From assembly GCA_032251515.1 (NCBI GenBank), contig JAVVDU010000008.1, positions 14,007 to 78,006 of the forward strand: a stretch of DNA of 64,000 nucleotides, read 5' to 3'. Positions within the stretch are counted from its first letter, which is position 1. Every line of letters starts with the position of its first letter. The notes under the pieces were generated by a model. It was given only the letters and a program-made list of their open reading frames with translations. It was not told where the DNA came from and did not search any database. Positions 62,697-64,000 of this stretch are shown here, in pieces. The position numbers and the translations under genes were made by a program. The stretch comes from Gemmatimonadota bacterium. Lineage in GTDB: Bacteria; Gemmatimonadota; Gemmatimonadetes; Palauibacterales; Palauibacteraceae.

Positions 62697-64000
62697 TCAG
62701 ATCTCCTCGACGCGGGCCGATCCGCCGCTCGCGTCCCCCGATTCCGTTCCCAGCCGGCGCCACACGAGAGGCGCTCCGGGAGCCGCGGGTTCGCCGGCCG
62801 GGTCGATCTTCAGGGCGGCCCCGACCCGGGCCGCCGCGCGCCGCGCCGCCGCGTCGTCCGCGGCGTGGATGCGCACGACGGGCTCTCCCTGCGCCACGGC
62901 GCTGCCCGGACGGACCAGGATCTCGAAGCCCACCGACGGGTCCACGGCGTCCTCCGCCCGCGCCCGGCCGGCGCCCAGCTCCACCGCCGCCCACCCCACG
63001 GTTCGCGCGTCCAGCCCGGCCAGGAGCCCCGCCGCGGGCGCCTCCACGTCGAGGCGCACCGGCGCGGCCGGCAGCCGGTCCGGATCGTCGACGATGCGCG
63101 GATCGCCCCCCTGGCGCGCGACGAGCCGCCCGAAGCGCTCCAGCGCCCTGCCCGAGTCGAGGAGTGCGGCGAGCTCCGCCTCGGCCTCGGTGGCCGAGCC
63201 CGCGTGTCCGGCCGCCGCCATCGCCTCCCCGGCCAGCGCCAGGGTCACTTCGCGGAGATCGGACGGGCCCTCGCCCCGGAGACAGTCGAGCGACTCGCGG
63301 ACCTCGAGGGCGTTGCCCACCGTCCGGCCGAGCGGGGCATCCATCGCCGTGAGCACCGCGCGGGCGGGAAGCCCGAACTCGCCCGCCAGGTCCACCAGCA
63401 CTCGGGCGAGGCGGACGGCGTCCTCCCGGTCGGGCAGGAACGCGCCGCGGCCGAACTTCACGTCCAGGACGAGGGCCGAGATCCCCTCGGCCACCTTCTT
63501 GGAGACGATGCTCGCGGCGATGAGTGGAATGGACGGCACCGTGCCGGTCACGTCCCGCAGGGCGTACAGGCGCCCGTCCAGCGGCGCGATCTCCGGTGTC
63601 TGCCCGATCATGGCGCAGCCGACGTCCCCCAGCACGGCCGCGAACTCCTCCAGGGAGAGGTCCGTCCGGAAGCCCGGGATCGACTCCAGCTTGTCGAGGG
63701 TGCCGCCGGTGTGGCCGAGGCCCCGCCCGGACATCATCGGGACGCGCAGGCCCGCCTCGGCCAGCAGGGGCGCCAGGACGAGGGAGACCTTGTCCCCGAC
63801 GCCCCCCGTGGAATGCTTGTCCACCGCGGGAGGGCCGCCGTCGGCGAAGTCGAGCCGGCGTCCCGAGCCGATGATCGCGCCCGTGAGGGCCGTCAACTCC
63901 CCGGTGGACAACCCGCGATAGAAGACGGCCATGAGGAAGGCCGACATCTGGTAGTCCGCGACGTCCCCGCGCAGGTAGGCGTCGAGGAAGGCGCACAGCT
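62697..64000 (-). CDS. pdp: Thymidine/pyrimidine-nucleoside phosphorylase (5'-truncated by the window)
   Basis: Frame is open to the window end (DYQMSAFLMA); DKHSTGGVGDK, SGRGLGHTGGTLDKLESIPG, LYALRDVT, SKK, LDVKFG. Confidence 0.92.
   Translation of the reverse strand, partial: LCAFLDAYLRGDVADYQMSAFLMAVFYRGLSTGELTALTGAIIGSGRRLDFADGGPPAVDKHSTGGVGDKVSLVLAPLLAEAGLRVPMMSGRGLGHTGGTLDKLESIPGFRTDLSLEEFAAVLGDVGCAMIGQTPEIAPLDGRLYALRDVTGTVPSIPLIAASIVSKKVAEGISALVLDVKFGRGAFLPDREDAVRLARVLVDLAGEFGLPARAVLTAMDAPLGRTVGNALEVRESLDCLRGEGPSDLREVTLALAGEAMAAAGHAGSATEAEAELAALLDSGRALERFGRLVARQGGDPRIVDDPDRLPAAPVRLDVEAPAAGLLAGLDARTVGWAAVELGAGRARAEDAVDPSVGFEILVRPGSAVAQGEPVVRIHAADDAAARRAAARVGAALKIDPAGEPAAPGAPLVWRRLGTESGDASGGSARVEEI

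Overview
A very GC-rich (roughly 70-75% by eye), densely coding, diderm bacterial chromosome segment. Gene content and style suggest Gemmatimonadota or a related FCB-group lineage (inference, not tested). I see no mobile element, prophage or CRISPR array. From left to right: (1) the 3' part of a 2-oxoacid:ferredoxin oxidoreductase with a tethered C-terminal ferredoxin, followed by rnfCDGEA with two tiny Cys-rich ORFs where rnfB normally sits; (2) an Oar-type TonB-dependent receptor, an M1 peptidase, a Tat-exported glycosylasparaginase, otsA and an aldo-keto reductase; (3) a Sco/Sco/PCuAC copper-chaperone trio, an M28 peptidase and tRNA-Arg(UCG); (4) housekeeping genes (gcdH, IDH-family dehydrogenase, GDPD, nucleotidyltransferase, DAACS symporter, cutA, two acyl-CoA ligases, folE, PTPS, NhaC-type transporter, mpg, NYN-LOTUS RNase, aroB, folK, tyrS, PBP1A, pyrimidine-nucleoside phosphorylase) plus a probable 6S-like RNA with its own promoter and terminator. 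The strongest candidate for an undescribed system is a ~12 kb minus-strand operon (46.7-59.1 kb): TonB-dependent receptor, 1343-aa protein with a T9SS-like C-terminal domain, PorV-family barrel, GWxTD protein and Ig-repeat lipoprotein. Two adjacent genes (nhaC-like and mpg) appear to need non-canonical ATC and CTG start codons. All family calls rest on motif recognition by eye, with no database searches.
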